Source: an uncultured Spirochaetota bacterium
GTDB taxonomy: Bacteria > Spirochaetota > Spirochaetia > SZUA-6 > Fen-1364
Assembly: GCA_963745235.1 (NCBI GenBank)
Contig: CAVUXE010000009.1
Coordinates: 128,001 to 192,000, forward strand
DNA length: 64,000 bases
Direction: 5' to 3'
The stretch's first letter is position 1. Each line of letters starts with the position of its first letter. Positions 28,766-38,523 of this stretch are shown here, piece by piece. Made by a program: the position numbers and the translations under genes. Below the pieces are notes generated by a model. It made no database searches, had not been told where the DNA came from, and saw nothing but the letters and a program-made list of their open reading frames with translations.

Positions 28766-28924
28766 CTTGACGCTCTGTGCGTGTTTTAATAAGGTGTAAT
28801 TGGCTTGGATAGGATCGGAGTAATTCAATACGACTCATGAAATCAGTCCGACAGAGGGAATGATGTCGTCGCGCGGTGCGTGCTCGCGCGCACAAGGGTT
28901 GGCCAAGCATCAGGAGTCCATGGA

Positions 28925-30464
28925 GTGAGCCGCCAGATCCTTTCGATGCGGAAAATCGACAAGCGCTTCACGGGTGTGCATGCGCTTCGCCAGGTGGATT
29001 TCGACCTCGACGAAGGCGGAGATCCATGCCCTGGTCGGGGAGAACGGCGCGGGCAAGTCCACGCTCATGAAGGTTCTCATCGGCATCAATTCCAAGGACT
29101 CCGGTGAGATCCACTACCTGGGCCACCCGTTCAACCCGCGGGACCCCAAGCATGCCCTGGAGATGGGGATCGGGATAATCCATCAGGAATTGAACATGAT
29201 GGACCATCTCACGGTGGCCCAGAACATCTTCATTGGCAGAGAATCCACCCGGCTGAACGGCATCTTCCTGGACAAGCGGGAGCAGAACCGCATGACGGAA
29301 GAGCTGTTCAAACGGCTCAAGATGAACATCGACCCCAACGAGCCCCTGGCGCGGCTGACCGTCGGGAAGCAGCAGATGGTGGAGATCGCCAAGGCGGTGT
29401 CGCACCGCCTTCGAATCCTGATCCTGGACGAGCCAACCGCGGCGCTGACGGACGCCGAAATCGACGAGCTGTTCACCATCATGCGGGACCTGGCCAGCAG
29501 AGGCGTCGGCATGATCCACATTTCCCACCGCCTTGACGAGATCCACCGCATCGCGGATCGGGTCACGGTGCTGCGCGACGGTGAGCGAGTCGACACCAGG
29601 AAAACCTCGGAGGTGACGAAGCAGCAGATCATCAACATGATGGTCGGCCGCGTCATTTACGAGCAGCCGAAGACCCGCAGCAGCGTTCCCGCCGGAGCGC
29701 CGGTCGTGCTTCGGGTGAACCGGCTGAACGCCGGGAGGCTCGTGAAGAACGTCAGCTTCGAGCTGCGCCAGGGAGAGATCCTCGGCGTCGCAGGGCTGAT
29801 GGGGTCCGGCAGGACGGAGACGGCCCGGGCAATCTTCGGCGCGGACGAGGTGCAGAGCGGCACAATCGAGGTCCGCGGGCGGCGTGTCTCCATCCAGTCG
29901 CCGGAGGATGCCGTGGCGTACGGCATCGGGTACCTGTCGGAAGACCGCAAGCGCTTCGGGCTGGCGGTCAACCTGAGCGTGCGGGACAACCTGGCCATGG
30001 CCACCTATGACCGCTTCCAGCGGGGCCTGTTCATCCACGCGACGAAGGTCCGGCGGGTCACGGAGGATTACGTCCAGAAGCTGAATATCAGGACGCCGTC
30101 CCTGGAGCAGCTGCTGCGAAACCTTTCGGGCGGCAACCAGCAGAAGGTCGTCATCGCAAAGTGGCTGATCCGCAACTGCGACATCCTGATCTTCGACGAG
30201 CCGACCCGCGGAATCGACGTCGGGGCAAAGAGCGAAATCTACACGCTGATGAACGAGCTGACTCGTGAGGGAAAGTCGATCATCATGATCTCTTCGGAGC
30301 TTCCCGAGATCCTTCGCATGAGCGACCGCATCCTCGTGATGTGCGAGGGAAGGCTCACCGGGGAGCTTCCCATCGAAGAGGCGAGCCAGGAGGCAATCAT
30401 GGAGTACGCAACCATGGGGCGCCAGGAAGTCCTCAGCGAGGAGCTGATGCATGGCGTGACATGA
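28925..30464 (+). CDS. Sugar ABC ATP-binding protein (RbsA type); frameshift near 29012
   Basis: KRFTGVHAL in one frame, then GENGAGKST, LDEPTAAL and LSGGNQQKV in another. Confidence 0.92.
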
Positions 30465-31864
30465 CGCTTGAAAGCAGAATGCAGCGCTTTCGCGAGCGCG
30501 GGCTGAAGTGGGCGCTTGCCCCCGGGGCGCTGGTCATTCTCTATATCTTTTTCGGAATATTCGGGCGCGACTATTTCTCCTACCCCACCCTGGTGAACAT
30601 CATCGATGCCGCCTTCTACATCGGGTTCATCTCGATGGGCGTCACCTTCGTCATCATCAGCGGCGGGATCGACCTTTCCGTCGGGACGGTCATGATGTGC
30701 GGCCGCCATCACCGGCGGCACGGCGCTCAAGAACGGGTTGCCCATGGTCCCCTCGCTTCTCCTGATCGTCGTCGTGGGCCTCGCCTTCGGGTTCCTCAAC
30801 GGCTTGCTGGTCTCCCGGCTGAAGATGCCGCCGTTCATCGTCACCCTCGGCACCATGATGATCTCCATGGGCGTCGGCTCCATCGTCTCCAACGTGGCGA
30901 GCGCCACCTTCCCCATCCGCGGCACGCCGGGCGGATGGTTCAAGAGACATCTTCCTCTACCTCAGCCCGAGCGGAGGAGCCATCCCCACGGGCGCGTTCC
31001 TGCTGGCCGCCGTGGCCGTGATCTGCCACCTCATGCTGTCCAACACGAAGCTGGGCCGCTACACCTACGCCATCGGCAGCAACCTGGAGGCCGCCCGGCT
31101 CTCCGGCGTCGACGTGAAGAAGTGGCAGATGCTCGTCTACGTCATCGCCGGCGGCACCGCCGGCATCGGCGGGATCTCCTACGCCGCCATCTACACCACG
31201 GTTCTCCCCGCCCAGGGGCAGGGCTTCGAGCTGTACGCAATTGCCGCGGCGGTCATCGGCGGCACGTCGCTCGCGGGAGGCATCGGCACGATCTGGGGAA
31301 CCATCATCGGCGTGTTCATCATGTCGGTGCTGGCCACCGGCCTGCCCTCCCTGAACCTGGAGGCCCACTGGCAGACATTCTTCACCGGCGTCATCGTCAT
31401 TGGCGCTGTGCTTCTGGACATGTACCGCAACAGGAAGGCAGCGGAAGTCCGGATCGAAACGCCGGCGGACCTCTACAAGGCGTCCATGACTGAAAAGATC
31501 GCCGCCCTCAGGAACGAAGCGTCTCTGCGAAGGTCGGGAGGGGACGCGAAGGCGGCTGCGTCCGTTCAAGCGCAGATTGCGGCGGCGCAGAAGCGAATTG
31601 AGGACCACCTTCGCGAAGATGAAGGCGGAGGAGAAGGCGGAGCAGGCCCGGATCCGGGCGGAGGAACGCGCTGCGGACCACGAGTTCGCGGAGATGCTCA
31701 AGCACGAGGAGCTTTCAGAACAGGAAGAGAATGGAGCGGCAGCCCTAGCACGGTACGCCGTGCTATCACGGTACGCCGTGCGGAAGGCTGCAGGACTCCT
31801 GAAAGTGGTGATCAGCCCGGAGCGCATGTTCCGGGCACGAAAACTCAAGAGGAGGTATCTATGA
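30461..31864 (+). CDS. Sugar ABC permease with C-terminal coiled-coil extension; frameshifts near 30700, 30950 and 31595
   Basis: GGIDLSVG, PPFIVTLG, GSNLEAARLSG and IGGTSLAGG across ORF fragments. The exact end is uncertain. Confidence 0.8.
31746..31781. repeat. Short tandem duplication of a palindromic unit
   Basis: CACGGTACGCCGTGC at 31749-63 and 31767-81. The first copy extends to the hairpin TAGCACGG-TACG-CCGTGCTA. Confidence 0.8.
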
Positions 31865-32946
31865 GATTCTTCAGACGGGTCGGGCTGCTGCTCGTAGCCG
31901 CGGTATTCTCGTTGCCGCTGGTGGGATGCAAGCCAGCGAAGATCTACATTCCCGTCATTTCGAAGGGCTTCCAGCACCAGTTCTGGCAGACGGTCAAGAA
32001 GGGCGCTGAGGCCGCGGCGGCTCAGTACAAGGTGGACATCACCTTCGAAGGGCCCCCGACGGAAGCCGACATTCAGCCCCAGGTGCAGATGCTCGTGAAC
32101 GACATGGCGAAGAATCCCTCCGCCATCTGTCTTGCAGCGCTCGACACGAACTCTGTCATGGATCAGCTGAACCAGGCGCTTCAGAAGCACATACCCATCA
32201 TCGGGTTCGACTCCGGAGTCCCGAATGCGCCAAAGGGCGCGATCTACGCGACCGCCGCCACCAACAGCTATAACGCAGCGGCACTGGCCGCGGACAAGAT
32301 GTTCGCCGTGATCAAGGACAAGATCGCAGCGGCAAGCGCGGCGCACCCGGTCACGATCATTGACTTCAACCAGGACGCCACAAGCATGTCCGTGACGCAC
32401 CGCGGAAAGGGCTTCCGCGACGAGATGATCAAGCTCATCACGACTGATGGCGGCAAGCAGGCCACCGATATCAAGGTCACGGGAAACCCGGCCTACATCG
32501 CGCCTGACAGCCCGACCAGCGGGAAGGCGATCATCATCGACGTGGTGGTCCCTGCTTCGCCCAAGGACACTGACGCCACCAACACGGCTCATGCTGTGCT
32601 GGACACGGGTCAAGTCAGACCACATCCTCGGCATCTTCTGCTCGAACGAAGGGACAGCAAGAGCGATTCTCGCCGCCTCCAACGACGGCAGCTGCGCTGC
32701 CCAAGCAGTATCCCGGCCTGGTGGTCGTCGGCTTCGATGCCGGCAAGGCTCAGAAGGCCGCCAGTGCGCAACAAGTACTTCCTCGGTTCCATCACGCAGG
32801 ACCCCTACCAGATCGGGTTCAAGGCGGTGGAGCTTGCCGTCAAGGCCATCAAGAAGCAGCCGGTGGCGGACGTGGACACGGGAGCCAAGTTCTATGATTC
32901 CACGAACATAGATAACCCGGACATTGCGCAGCTTGTCTACGATTGA
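31861..32946 (+). CDS. Sugar ABC substrate-binding lipoprotein; indels around 32610-32765
   Basis: RBS GAGGAGG, LVG-C lipobox, ISKGFQHQFWQ, IGFDSG and ITQDPYQIG. Confidence 0.88.
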   Translation: MRFFRRVGLLLVAAVFSLPLVGCKPAKIYIPVISKGFQHQFWQTVKKGAEAAAAQYKVDITFEGPPTEADIQPQVQMLVNDMAKNPSAICLAALDTNSVMDQLNQALQKHIPIIGFDSGVPNAPKGAIYATAATNSYNAAALAADKMFAVIKDKIAAASAAHPVTIIDFNQDATSMSVTHRGKGFRDEMIKLITTDGGKQATDIKVTGNPAYIAPDSPTSGKAIIIDVVVPASPKDTDATNTAHAVLDTGQVRPHPRHLLLERRDSKSDSRRLQRRQLRCPSSIPAWWSSASMPARLRRPPVRNKYFLGSITQDPYQIGFKAVELAVKAIKKQPVADVDTGAKFYDSTNIDNPDIAQLVYD

Positions 32947-32989
32947 AATTTTCTCCGTCAGGTACGTCGCCTGAGCACATCAGGCAGTT

Positions 32990-33015
32990 GGCCCGCCGAA
33001 ATGGCGGGCCTTTTT
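32990..33015 (+). terminator. Intrinsic terminator
   Basis: GGCCCGCC-GAAAT-GGCGGGCC-TTTTT. Confidence 0.85.
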
Positions 33016-33042
33016 GTAGCCTCATATCTGCGGACAGCCGGG

Positions 33043-33087
33043 CTACAATTCGGTAGCTCGACAAATTTGAGATCTACAATCCTGTAT
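33043..33087. promoter_or_regulatory. Candidate tandem enhancer for the PII promoter
   Basis: CTACAATTCGGTAG (33043-56) and CTACAATCCTGTAT (33074-87), 31 bp apart. Confidence 0.5.
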
Positions 33088-33185
33088 CGTTCGACGGCCC
33101 GCAGGCAAACCTTCCGTGCGGACTGCTTCTGCTCTTATTCCTTACGCCGTTAACAGTAGCGCCGAGGTGATGCGCGCGGCCTTTT

Positions 33186-33201
33186 TGGCATGCTCCTTGC
33201 A
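33186..33201 (+). promoter_or_regulatory. sigma54 promoter
   Basis: TGGCAT-GCTCC-TTGCA upstream of the PII gene. Confidence 0.8.
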
Positions 33202-33246
33202 ATATCACCAACGACAGGCGAGGGGAAGAAAGGAGTGGCGGCGGCG

Positions 33247-33588
33247 ATGAAAAGAATCGAAGCGATCATTCGGCCTTCCAAGGTCAACGACGTATATAAG
33301 GCCCTCGAGCGGGTCGGGCACCGGGGCCTCATGATCTCTGAGATAGAGGGGCACGGAATAGAGAAGGGAGTAGAGCAGCAGATACGCGGCAAGACGTACA
33401 AGGTGGACCTGATCACCAAGGCCCGCATCGAGCTGGTCGTGTCCGACGAGGAGGCGGAGCAGATCGTCATGGCCATCCAGAGGGCGGCCCTGACGGGCCA
33501 TATCGGGGACGGGAAGATCTTCGTCCATCCGGTGGACGATGCCGTGCGCGTGCGCACCGCTGAAAGGGGTGAAGCGGCCATCCGCTAG
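33247..33588 (+). CDS. glnB: PII nitrogen regulatory protein (GlnB/GlnK family)
   Basis: MKRIEAIIRP, RGKTYKVDL (Tyr51), TGHIGDGKIFV and RVRTAERG. Confidence 0.9.
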   Translation: MKRIEAIIRPSKVNDVYKALERVGHRGLMISEIEGHGIEKGVEQQIRGKTYKVDLITKARIELVVSDEEAEQIVMAIQRAALTGHIGDGKIFVHPVDDAVRVRTAERGEAAIR

Positions 33589-33671
33589 CACCAGCTTGTT
33601 GCCGTGCGCGGGAGTGATGTATAATCCCCGCATTCAATGCAAGCGTGCCGTGACTAAGAAGGAGGAGGAGT

Positions 33672-34877
33672 ATGAGAAACATCTTCAAACTGATCCTGCT
33701 GGTGGCGGCCATGGCCGTGGCTTCGACCGCCTTCGCGCAGGGGGCGCCCCCGGCCGCGGGTGACAGCCTGACCGTCGGCCTGCTCATGGTCGGTCCGTAC
33801 AACGACCACGGCTGGAGCCAGGCCAACTACGACGCCATGCAGTACGTCGTGAGCAAGGTCCCGGGCGTGCAGATGATCTACCTGGACAAGGTGAACCCGG
33901 CGGACCGCCCGGGAACCACCGCATCCCAGCTTGCCGAGAGCCTTGTCGCAAAAGGCGCGAAGCTGGTCATCTTCAGCTCGGACGACATGAGCGATGAAGC
34001 GGTGAAGTTCGCGCAGGCCCACCCCGACATCTTCGTGATCATGACCTCGGGCAGCCAGGTCTGGAAGGACGGCAAGGACTACAAGGACCTGCCCAACATG
34101 GTGAACATCATGGGGCGCATGGAGTACACCAAGATGATCGCCGGTGTCGCCGCCGCTCTCACCACGAAGACCGGTCAGATCGGCTACCTGGGTCCGCTCA
34201 TCAACGACGAGACCCGCCGCCTGGCCTCCTCCGTGTACCTTGGCGCGCGCTACGCGTGGGTGAACTATCTGAAGAAGGACCCCGCGAAGCTGAAGTTCAA
34301 GGTCACCTGGATCGGGTTCTGGTTCAACATCCCGGGCGTGACCTCCGACCCCACGCAGGTCGCTGATGACTTCTTCAACAGCGGCTACGACGTCGTCATC
34401 TCGGGCATCGACACCACGGAAGCCACCACGGAAGCCGTCAAGCTGGCAGGGCAAGGCAAGAAGGTATGGGCCATCCCGTATGACTATGCGGATGCGATCA
34501 AGGAAGGCCCGACGGTCGCCCTCGGCGTGCCGTATTTCAACTGGGGCCCCGCGTACGCAAAGACCATCAAGACCGCCATGGACGGCACGTGGACGTCTCA
34601 CTTCGAATGGAACGGCCCGGACTGGAAGAACATCAACAACCCGGACACTTCGGCGGTCGGGTTCAACAAGGGCGCCGCTCTCTCCAGGTTCGCTTCGAAC
34701 GGAGTGGACAAGTTCATCAAGCAGCTTGCCGGCGGACTGAACCTCTGGAAGGGCCCCCTCACCCTCCAGGACGGGACCGCCTATCTCAGCGCAGGCGAGG
34801 TTCCCACCGATCAGCAGATCTGGTACCTGCCCCAGCTTCTCATGGGCATGGAAGGCCAGAGCGTTTCCAAGAAGTAA
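33672..34877 (+). CDS. BMP/PnrA family nucleoside ABC substrate-binding protein
   Basis: VGPYNDHGWSQA, TKTGQIGYLG, WIGFWF and YFNWGP; RBS AAGGAGGAGG. Confidence 0.88.
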   Translation: MRNIFKLILLVAAMAVASTAFAQGAPPAAGDSLTVGLLMVGPYNDHGWSQANYDAMQYVVSKVPGVQMIYLDKVNPADRPGTTASQLAESLVAKGAKLVIFSSDDMSDEAVKFAQAHPDIFVIMTSGSQVWKDGKDYKDLPNMVNIMGRMEYTKMIAGVAAALTTKTGQIGYLGPLINDETRRLASSVYLGARYAWVNYLKKDPAKLKFKVTWIGFWFNIPGVTSDPTQVADDFFNSGYDVVISGIDTTEATTEAVKLAGQGKKVWAIPYDYADAIKEGPTVALGVPYFNWGPAYAKTIKTAMDGTWTSHFEWNGPDWKNINNPDTSAVGFNKGAALSRFASNGVDKFIKQLAGGLNLWKGPLTLQDGTAYLSAGEVPTDQQIWYLPQLLMGMEGQSVSKK

Positions 34878-34977
34878 GCTGTTCCTGGCCGCAGAAATGA
34901 CGGGGGGCGGGACGAACGCGTTTCGCCCCCTCCTCTGCGGGCTGGACTCTCGTTTCACCACGTGACAGAAGCTGTGC

Positions 34978-36471
34978 ATGCGGGTTGAGCTGCGAGGCAT
35001 CCACAAGACCTTCGGGCAGGTTCACGCAAACGCGGGAATCTCCCTGGTCATTCCTTCCTCGACAATCCAGGGGATCCTGGGAGAAAACGGCGCCGGGAAA
35101 AGCACGCTGATGAAGATCCTCTCGGGCTTCATTCTGCCCGACAACGGAGAGATCGCTCTCGACGGGACAGCCGTCGTCATCCATTCGCCGGCGGATGCGA
35201 TCAGGCGGGGCATCGGAATGCTCCACCAGGACCCGCTTGATTTCCCGCCCATGAAGCTCGTTGACAATTTCATCCTCGGCCGCGAAGGGTCCCTGTTCCC
35301 CGACAGGCGGGGAGCCGCCCGGGAGTTTCGCGAGCTGGCATCCCAGTTCGGGTTTGCCCTGGACCCGGATGCCTATGTCGATACGCTGACAGTCGGGGAA
35401 CGCCAACAGCTGGAGATCCTGCGCCTGCTCTGGCTGGGTGCCCGGGTGCTGATCCTGGATGAGCCGACCACCGGAATCAGTCAGCCGCAGAAGGAAAAGC
35501 TGTTTGCCACCCTGAAGACCCTTGCCTCCCGCGGCGTGACCATCATCTTCGTCTCCCACAAGCTGGAGGACGTGGAGTACCTGTGCTCGCAGGTGGCCGT
35601 GCTTCGGCAGGGCAAGCTGGTTGGCACGGCGTCCCCGCCCTACGAGACGCGGAGCTTCGTGCAGATGATGTTCGGCAGGGAGGTATCTTTCGGAGGCCGG
35701 CGGAGCGGGGTCGCGGGCCGTCCCATTCTCAGCCTGGAGCGTGTCTGTCTCGAGGGCGTTCGGCTGCAGATCCAGGACGTGACCCTGGACGTGCATGCGG
35801 GCGAGGTCATCGGCCTGGCGGGAATGGAAGGTTCGGGGCAGGCGATGTTTCTTTCGGCCTGCGGCGGACTGGCCCGACCGGTGGCCGGGAAAATCGGTCT
35901 TGACTCGCGCAACGTCACGGGGCAGTCCCACCACTCCTTCAAGAGGCAGGGCGTCGTGTACCTTCCCGCCGCGCGCCTGGAACGGGGACTCGTTCCCGGA
36001 CTGACGCTGACCGAGCACTTCGTTCTCTCCGAAGGGGCGGGCGGCTTTTTCATCGACCGGCGCGCGGCAGCGGGACTGGCGGCGGAGCGCATCCAGACCT
36101 TCAACATCAAGGGGACCCCGACGAGCACCGTGGAGTCGCTCTCCGGCGGAAACCAGCAGAGGATGTTGCTGGCGCTCCTTCGAACGCCCCTTTCCCTGAT
36201 CCTGCTGGAGCATCCCACGCGAGGGCTGGACATCGAGTCAACCATGTACGTGTGGGCGAAGCTCAAGGAGCGCTGCGCTCAGGGCACCGCAATCGTGTTC
36301 ATTTCCGCGGACCTCGACGAGATCCTGCAGTACAGCGACCGGGTGGTCGTCTTCTTCACGGGGCGCGTTTCCCCGTCGCTTGCGGCGGAGTCTTTGTCCG
36401 TGGCTGAGCTCGGCGAGCTGATCGGAGGCAAGGGGTGGGAGCGATTTGCCGGGGAGGCGGCGCGTGCGTAA
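34978..36471 (+). CDS. Nucleoside/sugar ABC ATP-binding protein
   Basis: VHANAGI, GENGAGKST, LDEPT, LSGGNQQR and EHPTRGLD. Confidence 0.9.
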   Translation: MRVELRGIHKTFGQVHANAGISLVIPSSTIQGILGENGAGKSTLMKILSGFILPDNGEIALDGTAVVIHSPADAIRRGIGMLHQDPLDFPPMKLVDNFILGREGSLFPDRRGAAREFRELASQFGFALDPDAYVDTLTVGERQQLEILRLLWLGARVLILDEPTTGISQPQKEKLFATLKTLASRGVTIIFVSHKLEDVEYLCSQVAVLRQGKLVGTASPPYETRSFVQMMFGREVSFGGRRSGVAGRPILSLERVCLEGVRLQIQDVTLDVHAGEVIGLAGMEGSGQAMFLSACGGLARPVAGKIGLDSRNVTGQSHHSFKRQGVVYLPAARLERGLVPGLTLTEHFVLSEGAGGFFIDRRAAAGLAAERIQTFNIKGTPTSTVESLSGGNQQRMLLALLRTPLSLILLEHPTRGLDIESTMYVWAKLKERCAQGTAIVFISADLDEILQYSDRVVVFFTGRVSPSLAAESLSVAELGELIGGKGWERFAGEAARA

Positions 36472-37513
36472 AGCCCGCCCCCTGAGCGCTCTTCTCCAGC
36501 TGGCCGCAGTTGTGGTGGCCCTCGCCCTCACCACGGCCGTGCTGGTCGTCACCAAGGCACCGCCGTTCCAGGCGTACAAGAACATCGTGCTCGGCGCGGT
36601 AGGTTCCTGGGACGAGATCTCCAACGTCCTGGTTTCCTGGGTCCCGTTGCTCCTGGTCACCGCCGGGCTGATCCTCACATTCACGGTAGGGCTGTGGAAC
36701 ATCGGGATCGAGGGCCAGATCATCCTCGGCGCCATCTTCACCACGTGGGCACTGCGCCTCCTCCAGTCAAGCGGCATGCATCCCGCCTTCATCATCACGG
36801 CAAGTATCCTGGCGGGCATGGTGGGCGGTGCCCTCTGGGCCGTGCTTGCCGGAGCGCTCAAGGCCTTTGGCGGCGTGAACGAGATCTTCGGGGGACTGGG
36901 GTTGAACTTCGTTGCCACGGCCCTCAACCTGTGGCTGATCTTCGGCCCCTGGAAAAGGCCCGGCGTCGCCTCCATGTCGGGGACCATGCCGTTCCCGCGC
37001 GCGCTCTGGCTGCCGACCCTCACGGCGCAGTCGCGCCTCAGTCCTTCCGCTCTCATCATCGCCATCGTCGCCATCCTGGTGGTGTACTTCCTGATCAGGG
37101 GCACGTACTTCGGGCTCAGGCTGAAGGCGGTGGGCAGGAACGCGAACGCGGCCTACCTCCTGGGAGTTCCCACCTGGCAGTACATGATGGCGTCCTTCGC
37201 GCTGTGCGGCGTATTCGCCGGGCTTGCGGGGGCAATCCAGGTGACCTCCGTCTACAACCGGCTGATCCCCGCGATATCCAGCGGCTACGGGTACATGGGG
37301 CTGATGGTGGCCATGATCGTGAACTACCAGGCTGCGCTTGCTGCTCCGGTTGCCCTCTTCTTTGCCGCTCTCAACGTGGGAAGCATCCAGCTTCCCATTG
37401 TCCTGAAGCTCGACTCGTCGCTCGCCGGAGTTCTGCAGGGGTCTCTCGTGCTCCTCGTCATCCTGGGGCAGGGGGTCCGGCAGCGCTTCTTCGGGAAAGA
37501 GCGCCCTTCATGA
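36464..37513 (+). CDS. Nucleoside ABC permease
   Basis: GLWNIGIEGQ, GVNEI and GYGYMG. Confidence 0.88.
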   Translation: MRKARPLSALLQLAAVVVALALTTAVLVVTKAPPFQAYKNIVLGAVGSWDEISNVLVSWVPLLLVTAGLILTFTVGLWNIGIEGQIILGAIFTTWALRLLQSSGMHPAFIITASILAGMVGGALWAVLAGALKAFGGVNEIFGGLGLNFVATALNLWLIFGPWKRPGVASMSGTMPFPRALWLPTLTAQSRLSPSALIIAIVAILVVYFLIRGTYFGLRLKAVGRNANAAYLLGVPTWQYMMASFALCGVFAGLAGAIQVTSVYNRLIPAISSGYGYMGLMVAMIVNYQAALAAPVALFFAALNVGSIQLPIVLKLDSSLAGVLQGSLVLLVILGQGVRQRFFGKERPS

Positions 37514-38508
37514 GCCCGGACCTTCTCCTGGTCGGCCTGGCGGGCGTGCTCACCGCGGCCTCACCCGTGCTCTTCGGCGTCATTGGGGAGACGATCTCGG
37601 AGCGTGCGGGCGTCATCAACCTCTCCATGAACGGCACAATACTGCTGACGGCGATGGGCGGCTTCGCGATTGCCCTCGCCACAGGCAACGTTGCGCTCGG
37701 GTTTCTCGGCGGCATGCTCATCGGCGGGCTTGTCGCCCTTGTCGTGGCGTTTGCCAGCATCACGCTGCGGCAATCGCAGGTCGCCGTGGGGTTTGTCCTG
37801 GCGCTCCTTTGCAGAGACCTCTCGTATTTCCTCGGCAACCCGATCATGGGATCCGCCGGGCCCCGCCTGGGCATTCTGCCCATTCCGTTCCTGCGCGACG
37901 TTCCTGTCCTGGGAGTCCTTTTCTTCCGCCAGGACGTCATGACGTATATCAGCTTTCTCCTGATCGCACTCGCGTGGCTCTTCATCTTCCGAACCCGCCC
38001 GGGCCTCATGCTTCGCGGCATCGGGGAACGACCCGCCGCCGCGTACGTTCGCGGGGCTGACGTGAACAGGCTGCGGTACCTCTATACAGTGGTCGGTGGA
38101 GCCATTGCCGGTCTGGCAGGACCAATCTACTCGCTCTCAGTGAAGGCGGGTTGGAAAGGGACCATCACGGGCCTTGACGGGATCGGGTGGATAGTCCTTG
38201 CCATCACGATCTTCGGCGGCTGGAACCCCTTCCGCGCTGCCTTCGGCGCCTACCTCTTTTCACTGTTGCAGTGGCTCGGCATCGTGCTCCAGCCCGCGCT
38301 TCCCGGCGTGCCTTCCCAGGTGCTCCAGGTGGCGCCTTTTCCCCTCATGATCCTGACACTGCTTCTCGTGAACATAGGGAACGCGGAATGGGTGGAACGG
38401 ACCCTGGCCAGGCTGCCGGGCCCCGCCCGGCGCGCAATTGCGAGGACCCTTCGGGCCCTGAACGCCACCCCGCCCTCCGCCATGGGCACACCGTTCGAGA
38501 AGGAATAG
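37510..38508 (+). CDS. Nucleoside ABC permease
   Basis: GETISERAGVINL, IGERPAAA and GWIVLAITIFGGWNP; ATGA overlap with the upstream gene. Confidence 0.88.
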   Translation: MSPDLLLVGLAGVLTAASPVLFGVIGETISERAGVINLSMNGTILLTAMGGFAIALATGNVALGFLGGMLIGGLVALVVAFASITLRQSQVAVGFVLALLCRDLSYFLGNPIMGSAGPRLGILPIPFLRDVPVLGVLFFRQDVMTYISFLLIALAWLFIFRTRPGLMLRGIGERPAAAYVRGADVNRLRYLYTVVGGAIAGLAGPIYSLSVKAGWKGTITGLDGIGWIVLAITIFGGWNPFRAAFGAYLFSLLQWLGIVLQPALPGVPSQVLQVAPFPLMILTLLLVNIGNAEWVERTLARLPGPARRAIARTLRALNATPPSAMGTPFEKE

Positions 38509-38523
38509 CGCGCTCGCCCGGGG

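Noticed and set aside
31012-32946. Apparent 644-aa permease-SBP fusion in the ORF track
   Set aside because: It arises from an indel near 31595. The SBP has its own GAGGAGG RBS, ATG at 31861 and a lipoprotein signal.
33085-33150. Possible glutamine (glnA) riboswitch before PII, suggested by ATCGTTC
   Set aside because: The rest of the motif and the closing stem could not be found. A sigma54 promoter lies downstream of it, so it would not be in the transcript.
36694-37509. Long N-terminal extension of the second nucleoside permease
   Set aside because: It is an alternative frame overlapping the first permease. The real start is ATG 37510 with an ATGA overlap.
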